Positions 39,951 to 49,503 of a stretch of DNA of 64,000 nt are shown piece after piece. The stretch is taken from positions 256,001 to 320,000 of the IMG/VR virus record IMGVR_UViG_3300028591_000070. The stretch is one strand, 5' to 3'. The first letter of the stretch is position 1, and each line of letters opens with the position of its first letter. The stretch comes from a virus (lineage: Duplodnaviria > Caudoviricetes). The notes under the pieces are model-generated. The model was not told the origin of the DNA. It was given only the letters and a program-made list of their open reading frames with translations, and searched no databases. A program made the translations under genes and the position numbers.

Positions 39951-40384
39951 TATTCTTTCTCCCAAGGAAACATGATAACCGTCTTGGTCTCATCTTCTGC
40001 ATACTGCATTGTCTCATAAGCTCCACCTTTTGGTGTACCATCCCATACAACTAATACAACATCAGAATGATCTACCATCCATTTATCTCTGTCTTCATAT
40101 ACTCCATCATATTTCTTCTCAGATTGAAAATAAACTTGTTCAGCATAGTCATAAAATTCTTGCTCTACATCGCATAAATCATGTTTATAAGGAAATGCAC
40201 AAACTAAGGGTCTACCTAATTCTTTCACAGCTTCTGCAAAAAGAGTATCAGTTCCTCTTGCCATTCCTGTAAAATTATATGTATCTCCCAATGATTTAAG
40301 GGTTTTAAGAATCCATTCTTTAATCTCTGCTTCTCGGCCATCTAACCTTTCTGGTTTATGGCCTGTAATCATAACTTTAATCAT
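39950..40384 (-). CDS. SLOG family protein (DUF1273/YspA-like)
   Basis: ITGHKP, GMARGTD, RDKWMVDHSD, WDG..KGG..T. Confidence 0.85.
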   Translation of the reverse strand: MIKVMITGHKPERLDGREAEIKEWILKTLKSLGDTYNFTGMARGTDTLFAEAVKELGRPLVCAFPYKHDLCDVEQEFYDYAEQVYFQSEKKYDGVYEDRDKWMVDHSDVVLVVWDGTPKGGAYETMQYAEDETKTVIMFPWEKE

Positions 40385-40841
40385 TACTAATATTTCCTTT
40401 GTATTCCAACCAAAGTTGACGCTCAGCAAAGAGATTATTCATGATTTCTATTGTTTTGATAATATCAAATTTAACACCACTTAAGAATTTTACTTCTATA
40501 GTTTCATCTGGTTCAAATGACCAAGAAAACATTGGGTATTTATTTTCAGCAAATGTACGAAAAGTAGCAGTTGTAGATAAAACTTTACATGTTACTATTG
40601 CATCTTTGAAATTATTATAAATCCACATGTTGTCAGTAAATTGAAGACCATATAATGCGTTAATTTTTGATTTAATATCATCAATAGACAAAAGAAGAGC
40701 CAAATCTCGATCTGACTCTTTATTGAATGAGGATAAATATTTATTTTGTTCTAAAATATCTTTTTTATATTGTTCCCATTCAGCTTGAGCGTGAACAACA
40801 TCATTCTCTCTTGGAGGATCCAACTTGCTTGAATTATACAT
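40377..40841 (-). CDS. hypothetical protein
   Basis: ORF after class II motif (40847-40855). Confidence 0.7.
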   Translation of the reverse strand: MYNSSKLDPPRENDVVHAQAEWEQYKKDILEQNKYLSSFNKESDRDLALLLSIDDIKSKINALYGLQFTDNMWIYNNFKDAIVTCKVLSTTATFRTFAENKYPMFSWSFEPDETIEVKFLSGVKFDIIKTIEIMNNLFAERQLWLEYKGNISND

Positions 40842-40855
40842 AAGATAATATTAAC

Positions 40856-41278
40856 TTATGCTTCTTTTATGTCCTCAACGCCAAGAGCTTTATTTATCAT
40901 TGCTAGAATTTCAAATATTTTTGAATGTTTATCTTTATAGTAAAAGAATAATTTTTTGGTATAATTTGCACCAATAAATCCAACTGCTAAAAATCCAAGG
41001 TTTATCCAGAAAAGAATATGGCTTACAGGAATTCTTGGACAAAAAATCATACAAATAATAGCCGCAGCTAGCTTAAAAAGAAACCATTTTCTTCGTTCAC
41101 CACTATAATAAAGAGCTTCATTATAAAAATCTGTTGCTTTTTTATCCAAAATTGAAACAATATTTTCTAGTGAAATAGCTGCAAGCTTACCTAAGGCTGT
41201 AGGTTTCTGAGCTTCATCGCATAAATTAAGTATATCTTCTTTAGTAAGAAATTTAATTTCGGGTGTGATTTTGTCCAT
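40856..41278 (-). CDS. two-TM membrane protein
   Basis: hydrophobic hairpin. Confidence 0.7.
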   Translation of the reverse strand: MDKITPEIKFLTKEDILNLCDEAQKPTALGKLAAISLENIVSILDKKATDFYNEALYYSGERRKWFLFKLAAAIICMIFCPRIPVSHILFWINLGFLAVGFIGANYTKKLFFYYKDKHSKIFEILAMINKALGVEDIKEA

Positions 41279-41302
41279 TATAGCATCCTTTAACCATTTA
41301 GT

Positions 41303-41497
41303 TTAGAAAAGAGTTTTGAAAAGATATTTGAAATAAGACATTTTCTTATACCATTTGTCTAGATTAAGAAGTGGCATCCATACAAAAAGCATTTCAACTG
41401 CAATGCCACCAAAGCAAAGACTGATGAGTGTGTCAATATCTACATTAGCAAGGGTACCATTTATAGCCTTGATTAAAAGAATAACTAAAGTTACCAT
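41303..41497 (-). CDS. small membrane protein
   Basis: follows class I promoter and GAGG SD. Confidence 0.65.
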   Translation of the reverse strand: MVTLVILLIKAINGTLANVDIDTLISLCFGGIAVEMLFVWMPLLNLDKWYKKMSYFKYLFKTLF

Positions 41498-41502
41498 ATT
41501 TA

Positions 41503-41543
41503 CCTCTTATATAGATTATACATTTTCTATATAAAAAGTTCAA
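41503..41543 (-). promoter_or_regulatory. class I promoter plus SD
   Basis: TTGAAC-17-TATAAT-CTATATAAGAGG on - strand. Confidence 0.8.
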
Positions 41544-41680
41544 AAAGTCTGGAAACAGGTCACTGTTAAATTATATTTAAAGATGACCACTTTCCAGACT
41601 TTTCGCTGCGCTCAAACTCTAGAAATTGGCTGACTACAGCAGTGTTAGTCACATAATATGTGGATATAAATAAAAAAGGA
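41543..41680. repeat. intergenic hairpin element, copy 2
   Basis: AAAAGTCTGGAAA..GGTCA..TTAAAT-TAT-ATTTAA..TGACC..TTTCCAGACTTTT long inverted repeat; 46 bp identical to copy 1. Confidence 0.9.
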
Positions 41681-41696
41681 GGTATTAAAACCTCCT
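41672..41696 (-). terminator. intrinsic terminator of protease operon
   Basis: AGGAGGT..ACCTCCT with T-tract on - strand. Confidence 0.75.
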
Positions 41697-41721
41697 CTTA
41701 AGCTTATTTAAAATTTAAAAG

Positions 41722-42081
41722 CTAACCTATTCGTCTTTCTTTAACTGACTGCATGATAAAATCAAAAACTTTATCTTCTAGATCATTTGCTTCATCACCA
41801 TAAGGTAAAGTGTCTTTTGACAAATCTGCTCCTAATTTTTCGGCATATTCAAATATCAATTGTTCAAAATCATAATGAAAAGCCATAGCTATTTCTTTAT
41901 TATTTGCAGACTCTTCAATTGGTTCTCTACTTGTGAAGAATGCCTCTTCATCATCTAAGATTTCATTCCAATATTGATTTGCCTCTTCATCAGTCATTTC
42001 AGAAGAAGCAATCTCAAAGAATAAATCCTTATCACCTTCAACCATGTCATAAATGTCTCTAGCGATATCTTTTTTATTCAT
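41722..42081 (-). CDS. acidic hypothetical protein, candidate internal head protein
   Basis: co-transcribed with prohead protease; IEES motif. Confidence 0.65.
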   Translation of the reverse strand: MNKKDIARDIYDMVEGDKDLFFEIASSEMTDEEANQYWNEILDDEEAFFTSREPIEESANNKEIAMAFHYDFEQLIFEYAEKLGADLSKDTLPYGDEANDLEDKVFDFIMQSVKERRIG

Positions 42082-42084
42082 TTA

Positions 42085-42972
42085 TTAATCTCCTAAATCA
42101 ACTCCAGCTAAAATGTTACCAGTGAATTTTGCACTAGTACCACCTCTACCTAAAGTCATTCCAGAATCTTCAAGTTCGCTAAAATCAAGCATTCCCATAT
42201 CAGGCATACCAGAAGTTAATGACTCTTGAATGTTACTCATATTTCCAGACTCACGAATAGTTTGTCCTCTATCGAAGTTCATTGATGGTACGTTATTAGC
42301 TGCAAGTGAAACTCCATTTGCATCTAACTGACTCAACATACCAAACTCGCCGAATGGATTTGCTGCTTCATTGATTCTTTCATTCTGACCATACATAGCC
42401 TTAAGCTTACCAAAGTTGAGTTTGTTATTAACATAATTCTCTTCAAGAGATTTAATAACTGCTTGGTCTGTAGATTCCTGAACAGGAGCTGGGCCAGGAG
42501 CAATAGCTGACTGTGGTTCAGTTGGCTGTGATTGGCTACCTAAAATAGAAGACTGAGGTCCTTGTGTCAAATCTGGACCAGCAAGAATTCTTGCTCTCTT
42601 TTCTTCTTTTGTTTCAGGATGAGTATCTTTATAAGGCATGTTATTTACAAGATCTTTTAACTGACTTAATGAACTCTGTCCATTATTATCAACATATGCC
42701 TCGATCTTGTGCTTTGTACTTACAAGTTCTGTTTCAGCAATCTGTGTAAGTTCAGCGATAATATTTGTAAAGTGAGAAGGAATGATTTCATTTACCTTTC
42801 CACCAATAGCTGTACATTCTACCTGAGCATCATCCAAAATGTCAGTTACATCCAATACAGCGTTACCTGCTGCCTCAATAGCGGCTGCAGCTTTATTTAC
42901 TGCAGCTACAGCACTATCAAGGAGAGTGTAAAGTCTATCAATATTTCCTGCTGCTTCTTTTAAATTTTCCAT
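42085..42972 (-). CDS. candidate prohead core/scaffold protein
   Basis: downstream of protease; repeated LKEA, VQES, INEA, IRES, IQES. Confidence 0.6.
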   Translation of the reverse strand: MENLKEAAGNIDRLYTLLDSAVAAVNKAAAAIEAAGNAVLDVTDILDDAQVECTAIGGKVNEIIPSHFTNIIAELTQIAETELVSTKHKIEAYVDNNGQSSLSQLKDLVNNMPYKDTHPETKEEKRARILAGPDLTQGPQSSILGSQSQPTEPQSAIAPGPAPVQESTDQAVIKSLEENYVNNKLNFGKLKAMYGQNERINEAANPFGEFGMLSQLDANGVSLAANNVPSMNFDRGQTIRESGNMSNIQESLTSGMPDMGMLDFSELEDSGMTLGRGGTSAKFTGNILAGVDLGD

Positions 42973-42998
42973 ATCTTTATCTCCTCTCCTTAATCCTA

Positions 42999-45515
42999 TT
43001 AGTACAATCCTTGAGCGTGAAGGTTATTTACAAATCTGTTTCCAGCTTCTTTTTCAGTTACTTTTTCACCTTCAAAGTCATTTCTTCCAACAGCTTCGTA
43101 ATAATCTTGACGAGCAGATTCATTCATGAATGTTCCAGTAATTGGAGCTGCATCATCAAATCCAGGAATAATCTGATTTCTGTGTCTCAAGAATGCAGAT
43201 GTCGCTTCTTTAAGGTTTCTTGCACCATGGATTTGCTTTTCAAATGGTTCGATGTTCTTACCATATTTAGCATGCTGCTGTTCCCAATATTCATTTACTT
43301 CAACATTTTCTCTTACAATATTAATGCGGTTTTCAGCAGTTGGCATAAGATGCTTTGTAGTATCATACATGTCTGAAACCTGCTCTTTATATTGGTCAAA
43401 GCTTTCTTTCAAAGCATTATATTTCTTTGTCTGTTCATTGAAGTTATTCTTGAGAGTTTCAACAGAAGTAGTTGCTGTTTTGATGCTCTCTTTAAGAGTA
43501 GTATTTTCAGCATTTAGTTCTGCAATTCTCTTAACATTTCTATCTGTTGTTTTCTTAGCTTCTTCCATGATAGTAACAGCTTCTCTAAGTTTTGTCTCTA
43601 ATAAGCCATTATCTTTTTCAAGACGTTCATTTGTTTCAGAAAGTTTAGCAATAGTATCTTCACTTGTTGTCTTAGACTCTTTAAGCATATCTTTGAGAGC
43701 AGCAATTTCTGATTCTTTAGACTCAATTGTTTCATTTACTTTTTCAAGTTCATCACCAAAATTATCTAATGACTCTTTAAGAGTTTTGTTCTGCTCTTCC
43801 AAATCTTTGATATACTCTTCAGATTCAGTAATCTTTTCATTTGCAGATTTCTTGATATTATCTTTTCTCTGCATTAAAACTTTATTTTCTTCAGAAAGAG
43901 TATCATAAGATTCTTTCAATTCTTCATATTTAGCCTTAAAGTCTTCACCTTCAGCACTCTCTTTAATAGAAGCTCTAACTTCTGCAAGACGATCTTCAAG
44001 AGCTTTATTAGCTTCTTTTAAGAGTTCAACTTCTTCAGAAGATTTGTCAGACTCTTTGAGTGAAGCTACAAGATCTTTGTTGTAGTTTTTAATCTTTGCA
44101 TCAGCTGCTTCTCTTGCTTCAGAAAGCTGTTTCTTAAGATCTTCAATTTCTTCATTTAATTTACCATTTCTGATAGCTGCTTCTTCAACAAGCTCTTTAT
44201 AATCAATAACTTGTTCTTTAAGAAGTAATGCTGCTTCTAAGTTCTTTTCAGAAGCTTCGCGGAATTCCTTTGTAGACATGTCATAGTCTTTCTGGATTTC
44301 AACTGCTGATTCAACCATCTTTTCAAGGCGCTGTTTTTCAGCAATAATCTGTGCTTCTACTTTTTCTTTAAGGTCTGTGCAGTTTCCATCTTCGAAACAA
44401 TCTAGGATGTCTGTACATTCATTTAATCTATCAATTGGGTTTACGCCTTCTGATGATTCTGCCAAGAAATTGTTTACATAATTTCTAAAGATTTTTTCTT
44501 CTGCTTTTGTAAGCTTTTTAGACTCATGAACAGGCTGAGCTACAGCTGTCTGAGCTTGTGTATTTGTTGCGTCTGCTGTCATATTTTCCTCATTATTTGT
44601 ATTGTTTTGGATTATTTTGCTCTGAGCATTAGCTGGAGCACTCTTGATAATAACTGGATTTCCATTATCTACAGGGCCTTTCATACCTGCTGTAGCTTCT
44701 GTAATCTGATTTGAAGTATCTATTTGTGTATTTTCATTGATAGGACCAACACCTTTATAGTTGATAACAGCTGGCTGGCTGATATCCTTCATAAAGTTTG
44801 TAGGAGCTACACTATGATTATCTCTAGCATAAGTACCATAAGTTCCCTGAGATGGATTAAGTACTAAGTCTGCTAAACGTTCAATTTGGAAGGTATTTGG
44901 GTCAACGATTCTTGTAATTTGATTTACATCGCCAAAACCACTAGAAGATGTACCTACACGTCCATGATGATTTAAGATCTCTTGAGCAAGATGTCCGTAA
45001 GGTCCAACAAATGAGGCATAACCAAAAACAGTTCCTTGTTCATCAAGGTCCATATCATGCCATACTACAGCCTGGTCTCTAAATAAACCAGGGTCATCAT
45101 CTTTAACAGGATGGTCGGCTAATCCACATAAACCACACCAAGCTTCTCTCTGATTATCTCTTACATTTTCAAATAAGGCTTTTGGATAGATACGACCATT
45201 TAAGTTTTTAACGTCGTAGTGAGCTACTGGAATGCGCCATACTTCAAATGAGTCATTATTACCATTCTTAGTAAGTGATTCAAGTACCTTATTTAATAAG
45301 AGAATAGTCTGTGAATTGTCTTGATTATCTGTAGATGTGAGAGCTTCTTTTAAGGTCTGAGCAGCTTTAATAACGTCCATGTTAGAAACAACACACTCAT
45401 TGAGTTTATTTGGTTTTTCTACGCCATGAATTTTAAAAGCATTTTCATGTAAACGAGAAGCTTTAGCCTGGAAATCATTCTGTTTAAATGACCAGCTTTC
45501 TACTAATCTTTGCAT
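42999..45515 (-). CDS. prohead core protease (T4 gp21-like) fused to long coiled-coil scaffold
   Basis: NLNGRIYP, LADHP (His), GTSSSGFG (Ser), DLVLNPS; about 450 aa coiled coil rich in LKES/LKEA. Confidence 0.88.
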   Translation of the reverse strand: MQRLVESWSFKQNDFQAKASRLHENAFKIHGVEKPNKLNECVVSNMDVIKAAQTLKEALTSTDNQDNSQTILLLNKVLESLTKNGNNDSFEVWRIPVAHYDVKNLNGRIYPKALFENVRDNQREAWCGLCGLADHPVKDDDPGLFRDQAVVWHDMDLDEQGTVFGYASFVGPYGHLAQEILNHHGRVGTSSSGFGDVNQITRIVDPNTFQIERLADLVLNPSQGTYGTYARDNHSVAPTNFMKDISQPAVINYKGVGPINENTQIDTSNQITEATAGMKGPVDNGNPVIIKSAPANAQSKIIQNNTNNEENMTADATNTQAQTAVAQPVHESKKLTKAEEKIFRNYVNNFLAESSEGVNPIDRLNECTDILDCFEDGNCTDLKEKVEAQIIAEKQRLEKMVESAVEIQKDYDMSTKEFREASEKNLEAALLLKEQVIDYKELVEEAAIRNGKLNEEIEDLKKQLSEAREAADAKIKNYNKDLVASLKESDKSSEEVELLKEANKALEDRLAEVRASIKESAEGEDFKAKYEELKESYDTLSEENKVLMQRKDNIKKSANEKITESEEYIKDLEEQNKTLKESLDNFGDELEKVNETIESKESEIAALKDMLKESKTTSEDTIAKLSETNERLEKDNGLLETKLREAVTIMEEAKKTTDRNVKRIAELNAENTTLKESIKTATTSVETLKNNFNEQTKKYNALKESFDQYKEQVSDMYDTTKHLMPTAENRINIVRENVEVNEYWEQQHAKYGKNIEPFEKQIHGARNLKEATSAFLRHRNQIIPGFDDAAPITGTFMNESARQDYYEAVGRNDFEGEKVTEKEAGNRFVNNLHAQGLY

Positions 45516-45547
45516 TATTTATTCTCCACATTTAAACACTGGATTCA

Positions 45548-45585
45548 CTGTGGTCATTCAGACCACAATGTTTAATTTAATTAGT
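45548..45585 (-). promoter_or_regulatory. class III motif ACTAAT followed by 5' UTR hairpin
   Basis: ATTAGT 45580-45585; CATTGTGGTC-TGAAT-GACCACAGTG on - strand. Confidence 0.6.
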
Positions 45586-45599
45586 AAAATTCAAAATAA

Positions 45600-46238
45600 T
45601 TATTTACTTTTTTCTCTCTCCCATGGAAGTAATCCACTAAAGTCTATTCCACTATCTGGAACTTCCTCCTCTTCCTTCTCTTCAGGTTTGAAGGCTTGTT
45701 CCCATAATAAATAATTATAAGAATTTTCCATTTGCTTATCTGCAATAATGCGTTCTTGTTTTGCATAAATATCATTGAATAGATCACTATTCATGTATTC
45801 TCTATATGTATTTGTAAGCAGACTTCTAATTGTATCAGAGAATCCAAATCTATCACACTGTTCTCTTATGAGTTTGACGCCTTCTCTTATAGGAATATCT
45901 TGCTTATAAGCAAACCAGTCACATAGCATTTCAACCATATCTATTAGAGTCATTTCATGCTCTGGGTTTACGAAATGTTCCGGATGATGAGAATTGACTC
46001 TGTAATGATGCTTAAATACCTCAGAGAATCTTCTGAGTTTGTCATAATATTCATAAGAACCATATTCATAGCGAGGCTCTAAATCCATAGCAGCCCATCC
46101 ATAAACTTCGGGTTCTTCTAGTTTAGATTGGTCATGGGTTTCTCCTTTCTGCTTCAACACATCGGCAAACTTATTTAACAGTTTTCGTACATTATAAATA
46201 TGCCCTTCAGTATATGATACAGTTTGTTCGACTCCCAT
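45600..46238 (-). CDS. DUF5662-like HD-type protein
   Basis: HDQSKL, HHYRVNSHHPEHF, MTLIDMVEMLCDW. Confidence 0.8.
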   Translation of the reverse strand: MGVEQTVSYTEGHIYNVRKLLNKFADVLKQKGETHDQSKLEEPEVYGWAAMDLEPRYEYGSYEYYDKLRRFSEVFKHHYRVNSHHPEHFVNPEHEMTLIDMVEMLCDWFAYKQDIPIREGVKLIREQCDRFGFSDTIRSLLTNTYREYMNSDLFNDIYAKQERIIADKQMENSYNYLLWEQAFKPEEKEEEEVPDSGIDFSGLLPWEREKSK

Positions 46239-46245
46239 ACCTTAA

Positions 46246-46268
46246 ATTAGTTTTGAGAAGTTAATATT
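46246..46268. promoter_or_regulatory. divergent class III (-) and class II (+) motifs
   Basis: ATTAGT 46246-46251; GTTAATATT 46260-46268; both flanking genes lack an SD. Confidence 0.6.
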
Positions 46269-46274
46269 TTCTTT

Positions 46275-47072
46275 ATGGATATTTTAATTTGTGGATATGG
46301 GAATATTGGAAAACATATTTATACTGAATTACTTCCAACAATAAAAAATTGTGATGCGGCTATTCATGTTTATGACAAATACAAAAATATACAATTTGTG
46401 TCAGATCCTTTATATATGGACCTCCATAGAGGTTGGACAACTTCAAAATTTGATTATGTTTTTATTTGTGTTCCAACCGAGATGAAAAAGGATGGGTCAG
46501 TAAATACTGAAGAAGTTTTAGATTGTATAAATAAATATTCCAACTCAGACACTCTTATTATAAAAAGTGCAGTTCCAGTTGGGTTTACAGATAAAATTGC
46601 AAATAACAATAATATTGTAGTTTCACCTGAATTCTGGGGTACAACACAGCATAGTAAAGATCCAGACTATATTATTTTAGGTGGATATCGAGATTATACA
46701 GACAAAGTTGCAAATCTCTATAGTTATGCCAAAGATGGATATTATAAGTATCATTTTACAGACCATAAGACAGCTGAGCTTGTAAAATATATGGAAAATT
46801 GTTGGATTGCAACTAAAGTTACATTCTGTAATGAGTTTGCAGAAATTGCAAAAGAATTTGGTATTAGTTATCCTGAATTAAGAGAACTTTGGCTTGCAGA
46901 TTCTAGAGTTTCTCCATCTCATACTTATGTTTATCCAGATGAACCTTACTTTAATAGCCATTGCCTAAATAAAGATATACCTGCACTTATTAAGTTTTGT
47001 GAAGATCAAAAAATCGATACACCTTTAATTAAGAAAGTTTTAGAGATTAGAAATTCTAAAAAAGGATATTAA
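46275..47072 (+). CDS. UDP-glucose/GDP-mannose dehydrogenase family protein (short form)
   Basis: GYGNIG, FICVPT, IIKS.VP.G, SPEF, AELVKYMEN..A.KVTFCNE, HCLNKD. Confidence 0.88.
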   Translation: MDILICGYGNIGKHIYTELLPTIKNCDAAIHVYDKYKNIQFVSDPLYMDLHRGWTTSKFDYVFICVPTEMKKDGSVNTEEVLDCINKYSNSDTLIIKSAVPVGFTDKIANNNNIVVSPEFWGTTQHSKDPDYIILGGYRDYTDKVANLYSYAKDGYYKYHFTDHKTAELVKYMENCWIATKVTFCNEFAEIAKEFGISYPELRELWLADSRVSPSHTYVYPDEPYFNSHCLNKDIPALIKFCEDQKIDTPLIKKVLEIRNSKKGY

Positions 47073-47935
47073 ATCTCTTCAAATTTAATGTTTGGATTTT
47101 GAAGAGTATATTTTATTTGTTCTTTCCACAAATCAAATTGAACATCTTCAGGAATAAACTCATAAGCTGTATGCCATTGATAAATTGACAAGATATTTCC
47201 ATATTTATTTCTTATTAATTTTCTGACAATATGAATTTCATCGGCATTTTTTCCAAGTTGCCATACGCAAGTCTTATCGCTTTCAAATAAGTCACCAACT
47301 TTTTTATAAGTATAATAAATGGTATCAGGCTTATTTGTTTGATTATAGTAAATGCCAAAGCTTCTCATTTTAGACAAAATAAAATGTTTTACCGGAACAT
47401 CTAATAAGTTCATATCGCCAGCTTTTCTATTCTCATAATCTACTTTATATGGATATTTGAAATAAACATTTACATTGGTCATGTCTTTTAGGTCTTTATT
47501 TTCATATAAGTCGAAATAATATTTATTAAATTCACAGCCTTTATCAGAGCAAAAGAAAGTTCCATTATTTATTTCATGCTTTTCAGGACTGTAATAAACA
47601 CAGTTTTTATTAGCCCAAATTTTATTTTGCATTTCTTTTGTTATGTAAACATCTGCATCACAATAAAAATAATCATCATAAATTAAGGAATAATATAAAC
47701 GGATTTGGTCACCAATGAATGACGGAAGTGATTTTTGATTTTTCTTTATATAGACATTTTCATAAGACTCTCTAGCATGATGCAACTTTTGAATATCTGG
47801 CATTATATCATCTAAAGTTAAAATGGTAGGACTTTGTAGCTGAGCTACACAGAACTCAGCTACAGGATTTTTTAAATAATTATCATAATTAAAAACAACA
47901 GTCATGCTTAATTTAGTTATTAGTATGTTTTGCAA
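47069..47935 (-). CDS. putative GT-A glycosyltransferase
   Basis: GDQIRL..YCDADV (DxD)..INNG. Confidence 0.6.
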   Translation of the reverse strand: MQNILITKLSMTVVFNYDNYLKNPVAEFCVAQLQSPTILTLDDIMPDIQKLHHARESYENVYIKKNQKSLPSFIGDQIRLYYSLIYDDYFYCDADVYITKEMQNKIWANKNCVYYSPEKHEINNGTFFCSDKGCEFNKYYFDLYENKDLKDMTNVNVYFKYPYKVDYENRKAGDMNLLDVPVKHFILSKMRSFGIYYNQTNKPDTIYYTYKKVGDLFESDKTCVWQLGKNADEIHIVRKLIRNKYGNILSIYQWHTAYEFIPEDVQFDLWKEQIKYTLQNPNIKFEEI

Positions 47936-48533
47936 AGAATGACTCTATTGAACCGAGATTTGCTAAAACAAAGAACTTATTGTTACGGCCATCATCAGCA
48001 CTAAAATAACTAAAATCATTTGGGTAGTCTTTAGAATAAACTAATACATATTCATAGTCTGAAGCATTATCTGCTTCACCATCAAGCTGCCATTCCAAAC
48101 GTTTAGTATTTTTATTTTGGAATAGTACACCAAAATTTCTATAGCCATGAAAATAGTTATTACTCTCAGAATTAAAATTATAGCTAAATTGAAAACTTTC
48201 ATCATTTGTACCTATAGTATATACTAAATCTGAAATATTTCCGCGAGCATATGATGTTTTTTCATTCGCAATTAGATAAGGTCTTACTAAGTTCTTAAGA
48301 GCATCAACATCATACTCAAGGTCTGCACCTCCCTGAACCAATTCAACCTTCTTTACAACATCCAAAGCTGAGAAAACATTAGAGCCAGCTTTTACCTGAA
48401 CTTTTGTATAATCTGTATCATCAGGAAGTGTAATGCCATCTCTTAATGCATCTAATGTAGTAGATGTAAATCTTACTCCATCAGTAGTATAAGACAAATT
48501 ACCTTTTTCTTCGCCTCTAAAATATAACTTCAT
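47913..48533 (-). CDS. hypothetical protein (late-type promoter)
   Basis: ACTAAT (48555-48560) plus GGAGA SD. Confidence 0.7.
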   Translation of the reverse strand: MKLYFRGEEKGNLSYTTDGVRFTSTTLDALRDGITLPDDTDYTKVQVKAGSNVFSALDVVKKVELVQGGADLEYDVDALKNLVRPYLIANEKTSYARGNISDLVYTIGTNDESFQFSYNFNSESNNYFHGYRNFGVLFQNKNTKRLEWQLDGEADNASDYEYVLVYSKDYPNDFSYFSADDGRNNKFFVLANLGSIESFFAKHTNN

Positions 48534-48569
48534 TCTATAATCTCCTATGAATTAATTAGTTTTTAAAAT

Positions 48570-48594
48570 AAAAAAGGACGGCAAAAAGCCGTCC
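48570..48594 (-). terminator. intrinsic terminator
   Basis: GGACGGC-loop-GCCGTCC followed by T-tract on - strand. Confidence 0.8.
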
Positions 48595-48613
48595 AAAAAG
48601 CATAAATTATATT

Positions 48614-49153
48614 TTACTTGTGATTTTCTTTATAATCTTCATAACGATAATTCATTGCTTTTGCAATATTAAGTTCTTGTTTTTCTTCTTCAAAAAGACG
48701 AAGTCCTGCTTTTTTGTCTTTTCTTTTAATTTTTGGAAATTTTACTTTAAAAGTAATTTCTAAATAACCTTGAATGCCATAATAAAAAGCATATGAACAC
48801 CAGAAAGCTATTATAATACCTACTCCAGAGCGAAATCCTAAAAATATCATTATTACTGACATAAGCAAAGCAACCCACATTGTAATAAAAACTGCAGTTG
48901 AGAGATCTTTAAGTTTCATCATAAATGGAGTTTTTTTAGCATTATTTATCCGATCAGCTTCTTCACCTACTTTATTATACTCATTAACCCATTTAACAAA
49001 AGTGGAATTATCAACTTTTTCTGAAATTTGTTGAACATAATCACACTGCTCATTGATAGCTGTTAATGCTTTAAGATTATCTTTTTCATTAATAGCAGTT
49101 TCAATGAGACTCATTTTTTCGTCAAACTTCTTTTTATATTCTTTTTTATTCAA
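48614..49153 (-). CDS. two-TM membrane protein
   Basis: hydrophobic hairpin; class I promoter 49160-49180. Confidence 0.7.
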   Translation of the reverse strand: MNKKEYKKKFDEKMSLIETAINEKDNLKALTAINEQCDYVQQISEKVDNSTFVKWVNEYNKVGEEADRINNAKKTPFMMKLKDLSTAVFITMWVALLMSVIMIFLGFRSGVGIIIAFWCSYAFYYGIQGYLEITFKVKFPKIKRKDKKAGLRLFEEEKQELNIAKAMNYRYEDYKENHK

Positions 49154-49173
49154 AATTTGCCTCCATATATAGA

Positions 49174-49503
49174 TTATACCAAAGCTTCAACCAAATAGTC
49201 ATATAATTCTTTATCATCATCCAGATGAAATACTTGGCCTAAATAAGTAACTTCGCCACCATAATTTTGATCATATAGATAATAATCTACAAAATCTTTA
49301 ATTTTATTATAGGGAGCTTCTTTTACTGCGCTGAATAATGTAAATAAATGCTCCCAAAGTAAATCTGCAAGAAGGTCTGAACGAACTCCTCCAGCATCAG
49401 TAATAAAAGGATTATTACTATTAAATTTTTCAACTGCATCATCAGTTTTAATATCTAAGTTTCTAATAATATCTAATCGTTCCTTAAATAATTGAAATGT
49501 CAT
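49174..49503 (-). CDS. hypothetical protein
   Basis: coupled ORF. Confidence 0.7.
   Translation of the reverse strand: MTFQLFKERLDIIRNLDIKTDDAVEKFNSNNPFITDAGGVRSDLLADLLWEHLFTLFSAVKEAPYNKIKDFVDYYLYDQNYGGEVTYLGQVFHLDDDKELYDYLVEALV

Noticed and set aside
43011-43908. Long + strand ORFs opposite the protease gene, and similar shadow ORFs (4955..5344, 18722..19093, 53533..53934)
   Set aside because: These are antisense or alternate-frame shadows of well-supported genes, with biased composition and no RBS.
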